This document shows positions 1 to 12,398 of a stretch of 64,000 nucleotides of DNA, in pieces. The notes under the pieces were generated by a model. It was given only the letters and a program-made list of their open reading frames with translations, was not told where the DNA came from and ran no database searches. How positions within the stretch are numbered: the stretch's first letter is position 1; every line of letters begins with the position of its first letter. The stretch comes from Lepidodermella squamata (Eukaryota; Animalia; Gastrotricha): positions 1,426,001-1,490,000 of the forward strand of contig JBLDXI010000007.1 of NCBI GenBank assembly GCA_047495785.1. The letters are read 5' to 3'. A program made the position numbers and the translations under genes.

Positions 1-694
1 CAAAGGTGGAGTCACGAGCCGGTCAAAAAAAATTTGAAACAATTTCAGCCCAGTTCGTGATAATAACAGCTCATATTGATTCATCATTGGAGTAAGGCTT
101 ACACGCTTCAGAATTCTCATGCGCACTCGAAAACTGTATGAAGGTTCAAAGCCCAATTATGGACATGAACAATAACTCTCTACCCGCAGTTTTTGACCGG
201 CTTTCCGGGCAACCACTAGCCTATTTTTTATGACGATTATTTCAGGGTATGAATAAAAACTGTTCATCTGATAATAACGAGGGCAAAAATTCTGCTGGAC
301 ACCATACATTTAAAATTAACAAAAAATCATCATAGTTTATTTCGGAAATTTCAGTTTTCATCGATCCGCTGCATCCTTGCATATGGATGAAGTCACATGG
401 CAACACTACTGGACTCAAAGGAAAATAATGGAAATGAAGAACAAGAGAAAAGATGCGATTTAAGCATTTCTCTTCCAATTGAGCTCTTGAAACCAGACGG
501 ATGAGATCGGTGCATGACGACAGGTGGTTAAAAGTTGAAAGAAAGTGTTTTCACTGTCGTGACGTGCATGCTATTATTATTCCAGAAAATATGGCGTTTG
601 GCGTTTAATTATTGATTCATGGAGCTATTATGTGGTTAGCGTTGCCATTACACTTGCCATTGCCGTTACACTTTTCCTGGTATCTTGACATTGG

Positions 695-3600
695 TCAGTG
701 GCGAGGGGGTGTTTAGTATTGCATCGCCCAGGGTAGCATTCCTACTACGTCTAGATCACGCCTCCAGGCTTTTATTTCCGTATGCAGTGGGCGTGTCTAC
801 ATCAACATTTTGATTTGCAAGTTTACCACTTGATTCATTGTAAGAGCTGCTAATTCCGCAAAAATTCTTTCGCAATTTGACATGATTCGTGATTGGTTTG
901 GATTTATCACCATAGGTACGAGCCTCTTCATCCGTGATATTTCTTGGTCTTCATAGAAATTCTTCCTGTTCTAGTTATTTTTGGCTGTTATCATTACGTT
1001 GAACCCCAAATTTGCCCCGGTGGAGTCTATCAGCCCCTTTTGTCGTTCACTAACACGGCAACGAGAGCATCACAGTGGGACTACTACTATTTCGCGAGGT
1101 TGAACAACAGTCAGCAAGACCAGGAAACAACTCGACTCGTCTCGAAGTGGTCGCCAATGAGCGGGGCAATCTGGACTAATGAGGTTAAATCCTTCAAGTT
1201 TAAATGAAATACAAATGCAGCGTATGTTCCTCTACACAGCCTTTTGCTCTTGATGACTTTTACATCGAAGTCACTATGAAAATGGCATACACTTACGAAC
1301 CATCGGGCTGGGCATTGGTCATATCTAACGAAGCGGGGATTGTTCGACCGTCCAACGACATTTTGACTTATGTGGACGGGCAAGAGTATGGCGTTCAGCG
1401 TAGTGCTCACCTGGGTAAGGCATGAATAGATCCCTGATTTTAGAGTGGTTCATGACCGGGTTTGTAAAGGGCTGACTGTGTTCGGAATTCCTCGCTCCTA
1501 CCTCGTTTCGGTCAAACTTTTGCAGACGGTGAATTCTACGATATGGTTCTCGGATGGACTAACAGATGAGTTGGTGTTTGTTTCAAAAGCTTTTCTCGAC
1601 AAATACTTCAAGGCCAAGTCAACGTGGAGATTTCGAGTTCAATCAACAACGGTGACTATAACAACTTGTCTATTCAACACCACAGATTGCGCTTCGACAG
1701 TAGTCGGCTTCAACATTCCGAGATCACTGCAATCCGTTTTTGCTGGCAATCCACTCCGGCTTGGCGTGACTGCTATGAATAGGGAAGCAAATTCAATTGT
1801 TGACATATACTCAGTCGAAGTTTGGGACTGTGGGCCTCAAGACGTCACTACACCTACTCCAACAGTAATTCTTCATTAGTAGGAGGGAAGACTTACTAGT
1901 GTTGATTTTCAGGTTAATCCATCCTCACTAATGTGTAACAATGGTATTCATCAGCCGCAATGGTCCTATTCGCAACCATCTGATTTGACTGATTATTGGG
2001 ACTACTACTACGCTGATAACTTGGACCGCGAAAATAAGCCACCTGACGCAATTCGCCTCCTGTCTGAGGTTAACTATCAAAGCGGAGCAATTTGGGCTCA
2101 AGTGGTTGGTGATGACATTTGACCATTTTATCCGAATTTTAATTAGTGCCTGAAAATAAATAGCCTTTCACCCTCAATGACTTCTATGCTGAAGTCACCG
2201 TGCAAACGGGTATCATTGATGCAACGAAAAGGCCTTATGGATTCATATTAATCGTATCTAATGAATCCGGTATAATCAGGCCTAATGATGGCTTTTTGGT
2301 CCTCACTGGTCGGGGCCAATATGGAGTTCAAAGAGACAAACATGTTGGTAGGTCATTTCAAGTTATTATTTTGTACAGTGATCTCACGTCTCTGATTTAG
2401 GCCTCACGATCTACATCCAACCATCTGAACGTGGTGTGATGGGGAATTTTCTCACTGTTCCGAGCAGCAGCACGTGGTACGGCTACTGCAAAGGTACCCC
2501 TGAGGTCAACTGGTGCTGGCCGAACCTCGACCAGAATTTCTTGGACAAGTACCTGTCTTTGAAGTCCACGTGGCAATTCCGCGTCACAAATGACTCATTT
2601 TCTGTCAACGTCTGCATCTACAACACCAACTATTGCGCGCAAACACTAAGGGCGAATCTGCCTCGAAGTTTGCAGAGTGCTTTTTCTAACCAGAACATGT
2701 ACCTTGGCGTAGCGGCTTATAATCACTTCGACTTCGCAACGACGCTTGACGTGTTCTCTGTCGATGTTTGGAACTGCGGGCAAGCGATTCCTGGACAGAC
2801 CTATCCGACCAAAACCACCGGCAGTACTACAACATCGACGACTACTACGAAGTCTGCATCGACAAGAAGCGTGAGATTAAATGAATTTTCCTAGGCCAAT
2901 ATTCATTATTTTAAAGCAGACTACTACAAGTTCTTCGTCATCAGCTACGACAATTATACCTACAACACAAGCTGGAACAACTCTACAACAGTCAAGCACA
3001 ATTACCGATCAGCCTACAACAACTGTAAAGATTTTCCTTATTAACTCAAGCTGCGACACAGATTCTTTCCTAGAAATCTGCTTCGACTACCTTGCCTGCT
3101 ATAACGATCCAGAAAACGACATCAGGCCATACAAGCTCAAGTCCAGCCGTTTCACCTACTTCATCTGGAGGAAAGACCGGTATGAATTCAAAATAAAGCC
3201 ATAATTTGTTATTCATTTGAATGTCTGGAAGATCCAACCGCGGCACTTAGAATATTGAAATCATTCGAGACATCGTCCTATCAGCTACTTCAACAGCTAA
3301 TAGCCTCTGCTGCTGACATGTTTGAAATTCCATTTGCGAATTTGTCGCTTAGCAACCTGCAAGCACAATGCGATGCCTTTAGTCCAAATCGAGCCGCGCC
3401 ACCCTCGAATGCTTCTAATTCGCCTCTCTACATTCAGCCAACATTCGCCATCGGTCGTTTCATTGATGTTAACACTGTCGATGAAACCATTTCAGTCGCA
3501 GGCTCTCTGCTTTTTACGTGGTCTGTGACAACTTGCCCGGCAGATAGCGAGGACGTGTTTACGAGCAGACCACAAGAACAACTCTACGTCGCCTCCTCAA

Positions 3601-4730
3601 ACGAGGTGTGGCGACCAGCTTTCCGATTTGTTAGTGGCGCCGAGTCGAATGTTTACATGGCTGATTGCGATAAATTCGGCGATGACCTCTTCGCAGTGAT
3701 GCATAAGGATGTCAAATCACCGAATCGCACTATCGATTTTTATTGGCTGAAAGACGGTACATTTTCCGCTTCATGCGAGCTTGAGCTTCAAGATTTTCCC
3801 TTCGATCGGCAAACTTGCTACTTTTCGTTTGCGTTGAATCGTGGGGCTAATTTGGTTTCGTTTCGTGACCCGATTTTTTATGTCTCATCGAACAGCTCGA
3901 ATCCAAAAAAGTGGAGTTATGAAGGCCACACCGCGATCCTATCGAAGCAGTACTACAGCAGGAAGAGGATTAGTTCGGTTTACTACGTCATAACCGTGAA
4001 AAGGAATCCAACTTACTACATACTGAACTTGGCCCTACCTTGCGCTGTATTGGTTTTCGTAGAAATCGCGTCTTTCTTACTGCCCCCTGAGATGCCGGAT
4101 AGACCAGCCTTTTCAATGTCAGTTTTACTAGCAATCATCGTGGCTGAATCAGGAGTAGCCAGTAACGTGCCCAAAACCTCGCAGCACATATTCCTAGCCG
4201 ATTATGTTGCTAGTATGAGTTGGATCAGCGCTGTTTGCACGCTGTATCAGCTGGCAGCTTGTTGCCACCAGCGAGCCATGCAGAAGCTGAACGAAGATTC
4301 CGTTTTAGACCCTCCGCGGTATTTCAGAAACAAGTTTTGCTTGATTCGTCTTTTTGATATTGTTGTGTCTTTCTTGGTTTCTTTGGTTTTCGTAGTCGTA
4401 CACGGATTTATGGGTACTTGGCCTAATAATCTCCATTAGTCATTTTACTGTTGATTTTTTCCGGTTTCTAACTAAAAACTGGGTCATCAGGCAAAATTTG
4501 ACAGATTCATCATCGTCGTGGTGAAATTCGTCAAATAAATTGTGTCAAGTTGGCTTTCCTTTTTTAATTCGGCTGATACAAATCTGATTACTCCTGAGGT
4601 GTAAATGACAGCCTGCGATCTGAAAGCCAATGCCCACAACAAAGTTGTACTTTTCAGGCGAACAAGTGACAAAAATAAAGGGAAATGGTGGCAGCGACAA
4701 GCCTGACCTGAAGGAACTATGATCTTCGAG
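695..4730. repeat. Segmental duplication, unit A (paralogous to about 13590-18260)
   Basis: Colinear similarity covers upstream sequence (ctactacg.ct.gatcacgcctcca), all exons, intron positions and the 3' flank (gtgaaattcgtc.aataaa; acaagtgacaa...gcctgacct.aggaact). Confidence 0.85.
882..4439 (+). CDS. Cys-loop ligand-gated ion channel subunit with two N-terminal L-type-lectin-like domains and a Ser/Thr stalk (copy A, about 1024 aa, 10 exons)
   Basis: Manual GT-AG model: 882-915, 975-1183, 1240-1414, 1470-1864, 1913-2101, 2164-2347, 2401-2870, 2920-3024, 3074-3179, 3232-4439. The exons total 3075 nt and stay open. Signal-like start MIRDWFGFITIVIFGC; two homologous domains (RL..SGAIW...PF.L.DFY.EV ... 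C..LGV.A...DV.SV.VW.CG); Thr-rich linker; WRP, Cys-loop CELELQDFPFDRQTC and four hydrophobic TM segments. Confidence 0.85.
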
Positions 4731-4739
4731 GTTCCTGAT

Positions 4740-5471
4740 GCACATTTTCAGGCCCGCCTAAGTTTCCTCCACGCGCGCACTCTGATTGGTCGGCCTCGCG
4801 CTCAATGAATGATAAAGGCTAACTTTCGAATTTACCGGCGGTTTTTATATCAAAATGAAATTCGTTAAATTTGGAATCGATTGAATATGGGGTTCTCGCT
4901 CGAAAAATGCAAAGCGAAAATGTTTTACGTGCATTCAAATTAATGCGCGCACGCACAAGTAACTTGTGTGCGCGCGCGTTAACGAAAATTCAGACGACAA
5001 ATTTTCATCACACGTAAAACATTTTCGCTTTACATTTTTCGAGCGAGAACCCCATATTCAATCGATTCCAAATTTAACGAATTTCATTTTGATATAAAAA
5101 CCGCCGGTAAATTCGAAAGTTAGCCTTTGTAATTGCCGCGCGCGGTTTCAAAATACTAAAAACCATGTAGAGGCACGACTTAAACTTGTGCGCGCGCAAT
5201 TCTGCAAGTCCCAACGTTTCATTAAATTTCAATTTCAAATAATCCATTCCATAACGAATTTTAGATAAGAATATTCAGTTTTTACTGCTCTGTCCAATGT
5301 GCTATCATGATCGTGGACGAATTTAATTTTAAAAATAAATTGGGGTATAATTCGGGAATTTGCTTGCTCGCGTTGTGCGCGTGCTCACACGTGTTGCGCA
5401 ATCGCACGCACAAATCGCCAGCCAATAGGAGCGCGCGCGTGGAGGAAACTTAGGCGGGCCTGAAAATGTGC
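4740..5471. mobile_element. Non-autonomous DNA transposon with 9-bp TSD (Mutator/MULE-like MITE)
   Basis: TIRs gcacattttcaggcccgcctaagtttcctccacgcgcgc ... gcgcgcgtggaggaaacttaggcgggcctgaaaatgtgc, flanked by the perfect direct repeat gttcctgat (4731-4739, 5472-5480). A related fragment lies at about 62199-62225. Confidence 0.9.
4814..5128. repeat. Long near-perfect inverted repeat (arms about 117 bp) inside the MULE-like element
   Basis: aaaggctaactttcgaatttaccggcgg...gttttacgtg (4814-4931) is mirrored by cacgtaaaac...ccgccggtaaattcgaaagttagccttt (5011-5128). Confidence 0.9.
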
Positions 5472-7709
5472 GTTCCTGATCCCTTCCGGAAAATTGCTGT
5501 CTATTCAATGCTGCAAATTAGCTGATTCTAACAACTTTGACAGGGTGAACAATCATACTGACGAAGTAAGTTTGTATTTTCCCTGTTAGACGTTAACCTA
5601 CAACATCTGAATACAAAAATGGAACCAACTACACAAAACCTTCTTCTATTGGGCAACGGACCCTGAAACATTCAAAAACTCTGTAATTGCTCCAGGCCTT
5701 ACCTTTTGACAACACCCGAAAGGAGCTGAAAAATATGGTAGCATGCGACCAATCTATTTATCTACGAAGCAATGGCAGCGAAACCCGCTTTTCTAGTTAG
5801 CTTTGGCGCTGCCAGCTGAAAATAATGAGAAACATTGCGTGCTCACGGGCTACCTCGAGAGGTCTAGGCAAGAAAAACCAATATAAACCACAGAGGGGAG
5901 GGGCCTTTGTTATCTGGCCAGATGAACGCCTCGCTATTTTCTTAATTGTTTTACTCTGATTTCGCTTGCTTTTTTCTCGCTGCTTTTATTTCGCTAGCTC
6001 TATTCGGACACAGCCATTGTATATGTATATGACACGAAATCATAGGAAATCGGCTAATTTAATTGGTCTCATGACGCAGTTTATTTCGCGACGTAGTTTA
6101 TTTCGCGGCGCAGTTTTTTTGGCGACGTTGAAATGCCTTAGTTACTACGATGCTTAAGTCGCTTTAAACCAACTTAGCAAGCACGGCGATTACGATAACG
6201 GACAACAAAATACTAATTTAATAATTAATAATATAAAAGTCATAAAAATTTGCACCGTCTTCGTTGCAACTTAAATATTATTGTGGAAAATGAAGTTGCT
6301 CGTGACTCTTCGATTCATTTTTTATGCCTGTCTGTAAAAATAAATTGTGGTTAGAGGTTCAAAACATCGGCTAGCTGGTGCATTCACATTAATAAGCTGC
6401 TGCTAGTGGGTTCGATTCCGTCCCTGCTATTCATAGTTTTTATTCGAAGCAGTCAGTCTCAAACAGATACAAGGATATAAAAGACATAAGTTTGTGAACG
6501 GTTCTCCTTCTCAATTTTTCTGTATTGCATACAGAGAGAGAAAAAAGTAATTGGAGAAAGCCATCCATACCCTTTAGTACCCCCACGCCCCAAATATGTG
6601 TTTAGCTCATTTTCGGGTGATAAAGTTGCTTCATTCTGCTTCACTTGTTGAGAACGTCATGTGCCGTAATATTTGCGTTTTATGGTCAACAAGTGCAAAG
6701 CAGAAAAGCCCAATACATAGCAATGCTAACTGTAGCGTTTCCGTTGATTTCATATTTCACTAATTTATCGAATATCAAATTTCGCGTTTTTGTGTATGTT
6801 TTTCACCAGAAATTAAATTTGAAGTGAAAACTAATTTATAAATTGAATAAGAAAGAAATTATAGGAATATTCTAAATATAACTAAGAAATAAGAAATTCC
6901 CTTGATCTCTAATCTCTAACCTTAGATTATTCCTAAGAAGTGGAATGGACTGGAAGTTTCTACTGGAAGTTTCTAACATTGATTTTCGTGTTCTCCGTTT
7001 GATTTGCTAAAGAAATGAACAAACATCTGTCAAATTTGAGTCGCTATAGATCTTCATTACCATTTCACACTTTCATTACATTCACAGCCCCATTTCGTCT
7101 AATGGCGGTCATGATCCCCCTAAAATATCATTTCAATACTAAATCAAGTACGGAGAGAACAAACTTAAGATCTCCCCTAAAGGGTACCGAACGGCGCTGG
7201 AGGGGAATAAAGTCGCTTTTTCTGGCCTGTTGATTTATCGAATAGGCCTTATACACGGCCGGTGGCTAGTCATTTACGGACACCTCGGTCCCAGCAGTTG
7301 GCAGCTAGAGCACCCTCCAAAGGCCTTCCAAAGTCCCGTAATTTTCACTAGACAAAAAGCTTCGGTGGTTGTGCGGGCTGCTTTATTACTGAAGTGCAAA
7401 AGAGGTTCGAAACCTGCGACCTCATTATGATAATATTCACCGGTTAATATTTGTCTGCTATAACATGAGTAAAGAGTTTATGAGCGATATAAACGATTTA
7501 CGAATGTTATATCGTAAAATATCGAATTGGCACAGCTACTCGATATTTTTGAATACAATTCTATATTTACCGGTTAACTCTTTGACAACATAGAAAAGTA
7601 TGCTGCACGGTCAGAAATACATCAGAAATTATCAATATAGAAATGTGCCGTGAAAGTTCACGCATGGATACTGTTCAATGGGTTCGAAGCCTTCAGATCG
7701 GAAGAACCC

Positions 7710-9052
7710 TCAAGCCAACATTTTGACTCCATAGTACGTAACAACTGCCATGCCAGTGATGAATGCAAGTAGTGCAATCGTCATATCCAAAAGCCTGATC
7801 ATCCTCATCCCACCATGGACAAAGCTTCGTCCGATGATATGTCGAGCCTGCTTCCACTGGCTCAGACTGCTTGCTGTCAGGGCGTAAGCCGTGATAAATA
7901 CACAAATTAACATGAAGCTGACTAGGACATTGATCAAATAAACGTCCTCAGACGTTCGAGGAATCAGCGAAAAGACTAGGGTGAGTAAAACAGCGGTAGC
8001 TAAATTCACCGTTACACAAAAATTGGGCCGGTCCGGATGTCCAGGGTCCATTATTAAAGAGATAACTTGGAGAATAAAAAGTGTAAACATAGGCAGAAGC
8101 ACATTTCCGACGTAATATTGAAACTTCCGTTTCAGAGTAAGATTAATAGTGACATGCAGATATCCGCCGGCGTCAAAAACAGTCCCGTTGTAGGTCTCGA
8201 AAGACCAAATATCATCGTCCCGGAGCGGCTTGTAATCGGCTGCAATGTCAACCGAATCGATCGCAATATCAACCTCGTTGCTGAGATTTTCATTTTCGAA
8301 CTCGAAGGTGCAAGTTGCAACATCGAACGGGAACTTGGTGTAGCTGAAGTGATAACAGTTTGATGTAAACGTCCGCACTGCATAAATGACGAATTTCGGC
8401 CCGGGAACGCGAAATGGCCGTACTTTTATCGTCCTTTCCCTGTAAAAAAAGCCAATTTAATGTACATTTTTAGTTTTCGTTCAAGTTGGAATTTCCAACT
8501 ATAAGTAAAATGGGTGAGAAAAGTGTTTAAATTTTTCAAATATTTACCCTCGCAGCGGCCGTGATTCCCCGATAGCGTTTATATGTTGCATGTCCGGCCA
8601 CCATATTTGATCGGCTGGAATTTCGAATTGAATCCTATCAAGATATTCTTGCTTATGAGCCGTGTAGCCCGGCCACAACTGCTCCCTTATATCTTTTCCG
8701 CACGGCATGTCCCAAAAGATACGCAGTGTCATAGATATGGTCATGCTGGAATGATAAATATTAAACGTGATTAACTTGATAATTTACGATACCTCATTGA
8801 GACATCGCTGACTTCGTTGATTTCACACAGACCTGACACAAGGTAACTTTTGATGGGTACCGAGAAGTTGTTGATGTGTCTGTGGTACGTCGTCGGCAGA
8901 TTGCTAGATTTTGCTATCGGGCACAGCTCGAAGAACAAATCGCGCAAAGCATCGGGGTTGAAATCGGCCGAAAAGTCGCTTATATTGCCCACAGCCAAGT
9001 TTTCTCTTACAAAGATGATCGCCAAGAAAGTTAAGAAGAAAGCTACAACCAT
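7710..9052 (-). CDS. Divergent Cys-loop ligand-gated ion channel subunit (3 exons)
   Basis: Signal peptide MVVAFFLTFLAIIFV; IWWPDM; Cys-loop CYHFSYTKFPFDVATC; LKRKFQYYV-M1; PDRP-M2; four TM segments with a short M3-M4 loop. Two short GT-AG introns join the ORFs in frame. Confidence 0.9.
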
Positions 9053-9188
9053 TCTTTTTTTCTCAAATGAAAACAGTAAGTATTAGTCACTGACTTGAGA
9101 TAACCCTAGCTTTGAAAATATACTGATTTCGTTTAACAAGTTTTTTCATAATCTACTACTCATAGTTTTCCCAAATTGAAAACGAATA

Positions 9189-9420
9189 CCGTAGAGCGGT
9201 ACAATTTTGAACAAGTACAAAGTTGAACATTTTTTCAAAAGTACAATTTTGAACGAACGTTTGCATTGAAAATTTCGTTAATGTTCAAAATTGTACTTCA
9301 CACTCACGAAAGTACAATTTTGAACACTTTCATTTTTTTCAATGCAAACGTTCGTTCAAAATTGTACTTTTGAAAAAATGTTCAAAGTTGTACCCTGTTC
9401 AAAATTGTACCGCTCTACGG
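9189..9420. mobile_element. Tc1/mariner/pogo-type MITE with TA TSD
   Basis: TA|ccgtagagcggtacaattttgaaca ... tgttcaaaattgtaccgctctacgg|TA, with inverted arms of about 85 bp and a repeated gtacaattttgaac motif. Confidence 0.9.
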
Positions 9421-10009
9421 TATAAGTCATATTGAGCTTTGAATAATAATTAAGTTATTGGAGGAAAATTATCGCGAAACAGCTTTTCTCTTCAAGATAA
9501 ATAGCATCAATCTGTTATTTTGATGATATTTTGCATCTCACTTATAAAGTTGGTTGCTTGCATGGAAAACAGCATCTATTTCGAATATTTTAAAGCGACC
9601 AAACGATCCTACGATCAGAAATATATCCATTTGCTATCAAGTCCAGGGCGAACTCTCGTAGCCATTTTGAGCATTACACTTCAAAATGATTTCTAAATGT
9701 TGGAGGAAATATACTGCTAAAAAGTTTTCAAAGAACAAGCGACAGATAATCCACGGGATGATTGCGACTGATTGAAGGAAAATAAAATTAGTTCCTAAAG
9801 CCCTAAAATCAGTTTCCACCAGCGAAATTAGAGTTTAAGCGGCTTTTTCAATTTCCGTTCCCAAGTTTTTCTTGAATCTTCTTCAGGAATGTTGGGACAG
9901 GCAATATTTGACGATTCTTAAAAATGAATAATGGAAAAACAGACCATTATTGGCCGACACTATTGCAACTGATTGCAGCTTTGGGACTAATAGCAGCATG
10001 GACTCGACC

Positions 10010-10275
10010 CTAGCGGAACATAGTGACGCCGAAATTGCGTAGCAAGATAAAATCTAGGCAGACCGTCAAAACAGCGTAGTCACGAAACAGCGAACGCGAC
10101 AAAACAGCGAAATTACCACTTGCGACGTAACAGAGTGCGACGGAACAGCGATTAAGGCTAAACGCGACATAACAACGTTGAAAAGTATTATTATTACTAA
10201 AAACGCGACAAAACAGCGAAGGACGAAAACAGCTGTTGCTATTAAATAAACAGCATAGGCTAGAAAACACCGCGC
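10010..10275. repeat. Remnant of a dispersed repeat/MITE family built from cgacaaaacagcgaa-like units
   Basis: Short units (gcgacaaaacagcgaa) recur here, at 27353-27519 and 53170-53225, and more weakly at 5965-6160. Confidence 0.6.
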
Positions 10276-12398
10276 TTTATAACTCAATAAATTAATTAGT
10301 TAATAATCTATACTAATCTATTGTCTCTGCACTCTGTATACTGTCTCTTGGAGCTCGGTGGGTAGCTCGATAGATCCAGTATCAAAATGTTTTACCGTAT
10401 TTTACCGCGGTCATTTATGGGTCATTTCGTTTTGTATAGGTGGATCAGATGAAATCAGATCCCCGAAAAAACTCGAATTTCGACTGTCGCTATATGGTGA
10501 TGCTAAATGATTATTTTTGTTTGACTTACAGGGTGGAATGAATCGTAATCCAATGGAATTAAAAGCAATTTTTCGTCCGTGGAATCGACGCGACTGATCG
10601 ATCAGCCGTTGAAAAAAGAAAAAAAAATGAAATCCGATCTGTTGATCAGCCACTGATAATCGATTATCGGTTACAGATACGAAAGATTTGATGTCGCCAT
10701 CTTGTTCAGCGGCATTTTTTTACCCTAATTTCCAAATTTTGATGCATCTGTGCCTCCTTATAACGCAGTTATCGCGGAATCATTTTTGGTAGGGATTAAT
10801 TAGGCGGTTTATTAGACCTTGATTGCCCTCCTATCAGCGCGGCCTTTCAAATTGACAATTTCAAGTTAACCGGAAAAACCGCTTCAGCAACGAATTCAAC
10901 TCCAACTGAAAATGATTAGGGCGGATTAAGTCGACTAGGCAGACAAGAGTGGTAGCGCGGTTGACCGTGCTCTATTTGCACACGCTGTGGGAGGCCCGCC
11001 GCCTGTCTCCCTCGGGCGCACTTGGGTGTCTTTCGGTAGTGCATTGGCACCATGTTGATGACGATAAGCTGTGCGTAAGGTAGTAAAGATTAAGACGCAT
11101 CGTAAAATACGCGAATGCCTTAAATTTCAATGCCGCCGTACTCTACAACAATTTGAATAAAATTTCGTTTAGTATACCATATCGGGGTGAATATCATAAG
11201 TGGATATTAGCACGATGGATATTGGCCTGAAGGCTGGCTATGTAGGCCCGAGGCGCAGCCGAATGCCGGAATAGTGACCTGAGGGACGAACATCCATCGC
11301 TGTCCACCGATGACACCCGGATATCCGGCGTCAAAAATCATCATCAAATCATGATAATGAAAATGATCCGGCCCAAGATGCCGGGGCCACGTTGAGGTAT
11401 CGTTATAGCTATTAGGTAACTTTAAGCTGGAATATTGCGACGTGACATTCGAGCCTAAAATATAACGGTATGACCAAGCAAGCGCGGTAATACAGTAAAG
11501 ATTGATTTAAAACAAATCAGTTAACTACACATCCACCTTAAATTTTAGCTCAAGACGATACATGAAGCAAGAGGCGCATCAGTTTTCTAATTAAAATTAA
11601 TTAATTTCGGCAATTTCGGCAATTTCGGCGTCCCAGTGAATAATCATCTGATCGAGGCAAAAAACGAGTTTCATGTGAGTGAGGCAAAAAGGGTTAACGA
11701 TAATAGCAAGGCCTTTGGCTGCATTCTCCCATTACATTCATTCTTTCAGTGGGACCTGACAAGAGCGACTCAGCTGCTTCTCAGGTGCGAGTGCTATGAC
11801 TATGGGACTTGGAGTGTTAGATTCCGCAATCTACGACAATTCGTTTTATAAAACAATTAACTGCATAAATAAAAATTCTGAGTCGACAAATTCAAATGGA
11901 ACAAATTAAAGTAGATTTTTCTGACCTATTGTTTTTTTCAACGGTTCAGTGCAATTTACAGAATTGCTCTACTTATCTATCATGGTTTTTCGGTTTTTTC
12001 GGAAAACTACTCACTATTTTTCAGTTGATGAAACTCGTTCGAGGTCGCAGAAGCGTTGCTCGAAATCCTGACACCTTGATTTCGAGAAGTCTGAGCGTTA
12101 AACTTCGCCGAAAAGGCATAGTAACCTGATTTGCAGGATTCCCTTGGCGACGAACAATGTATCATTTGCCATTGTCCTATACCTTTGAACTGTCCTGAAA
12201 TTATATGTTTCCTTTCAAATTTAACTATGTCGAACTGCCCTCTTTTGGGTGTTATATAGCTCTTAAATAAATAAATAAATGAATAAATATGCAATTAAAT
12301 AGCCCGGCTAGCCAGGTAATTTGCTACTATGGCTTAATTAACCAGGTTTGACTAGTTCATCTTCTCTGATGTGTTCCTGCATTGTCATCCCCGTTGTA

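Noticed and set aside
1-540. ORF 242-478 (-) and a possible exon-like stretch after tttcag at about 354
   Set aside because: No recognisable motif or consistent splice model in any frame.
6365-6430. tRNA-like B-box ggttcgattcc
   Set aside because: No cloverleaf, acceptor stem or anticodon arm can be built; at most a SINE or tRNA remnant.
10040-10260. Short repeats with variable spacers that superficially resemble a CRISPR array
   Set aside because: The context is eukaryotic, the units are degenerate and irregular, there are no cas genes, and the same motif forms the arms of the MITE at 27353-27519.
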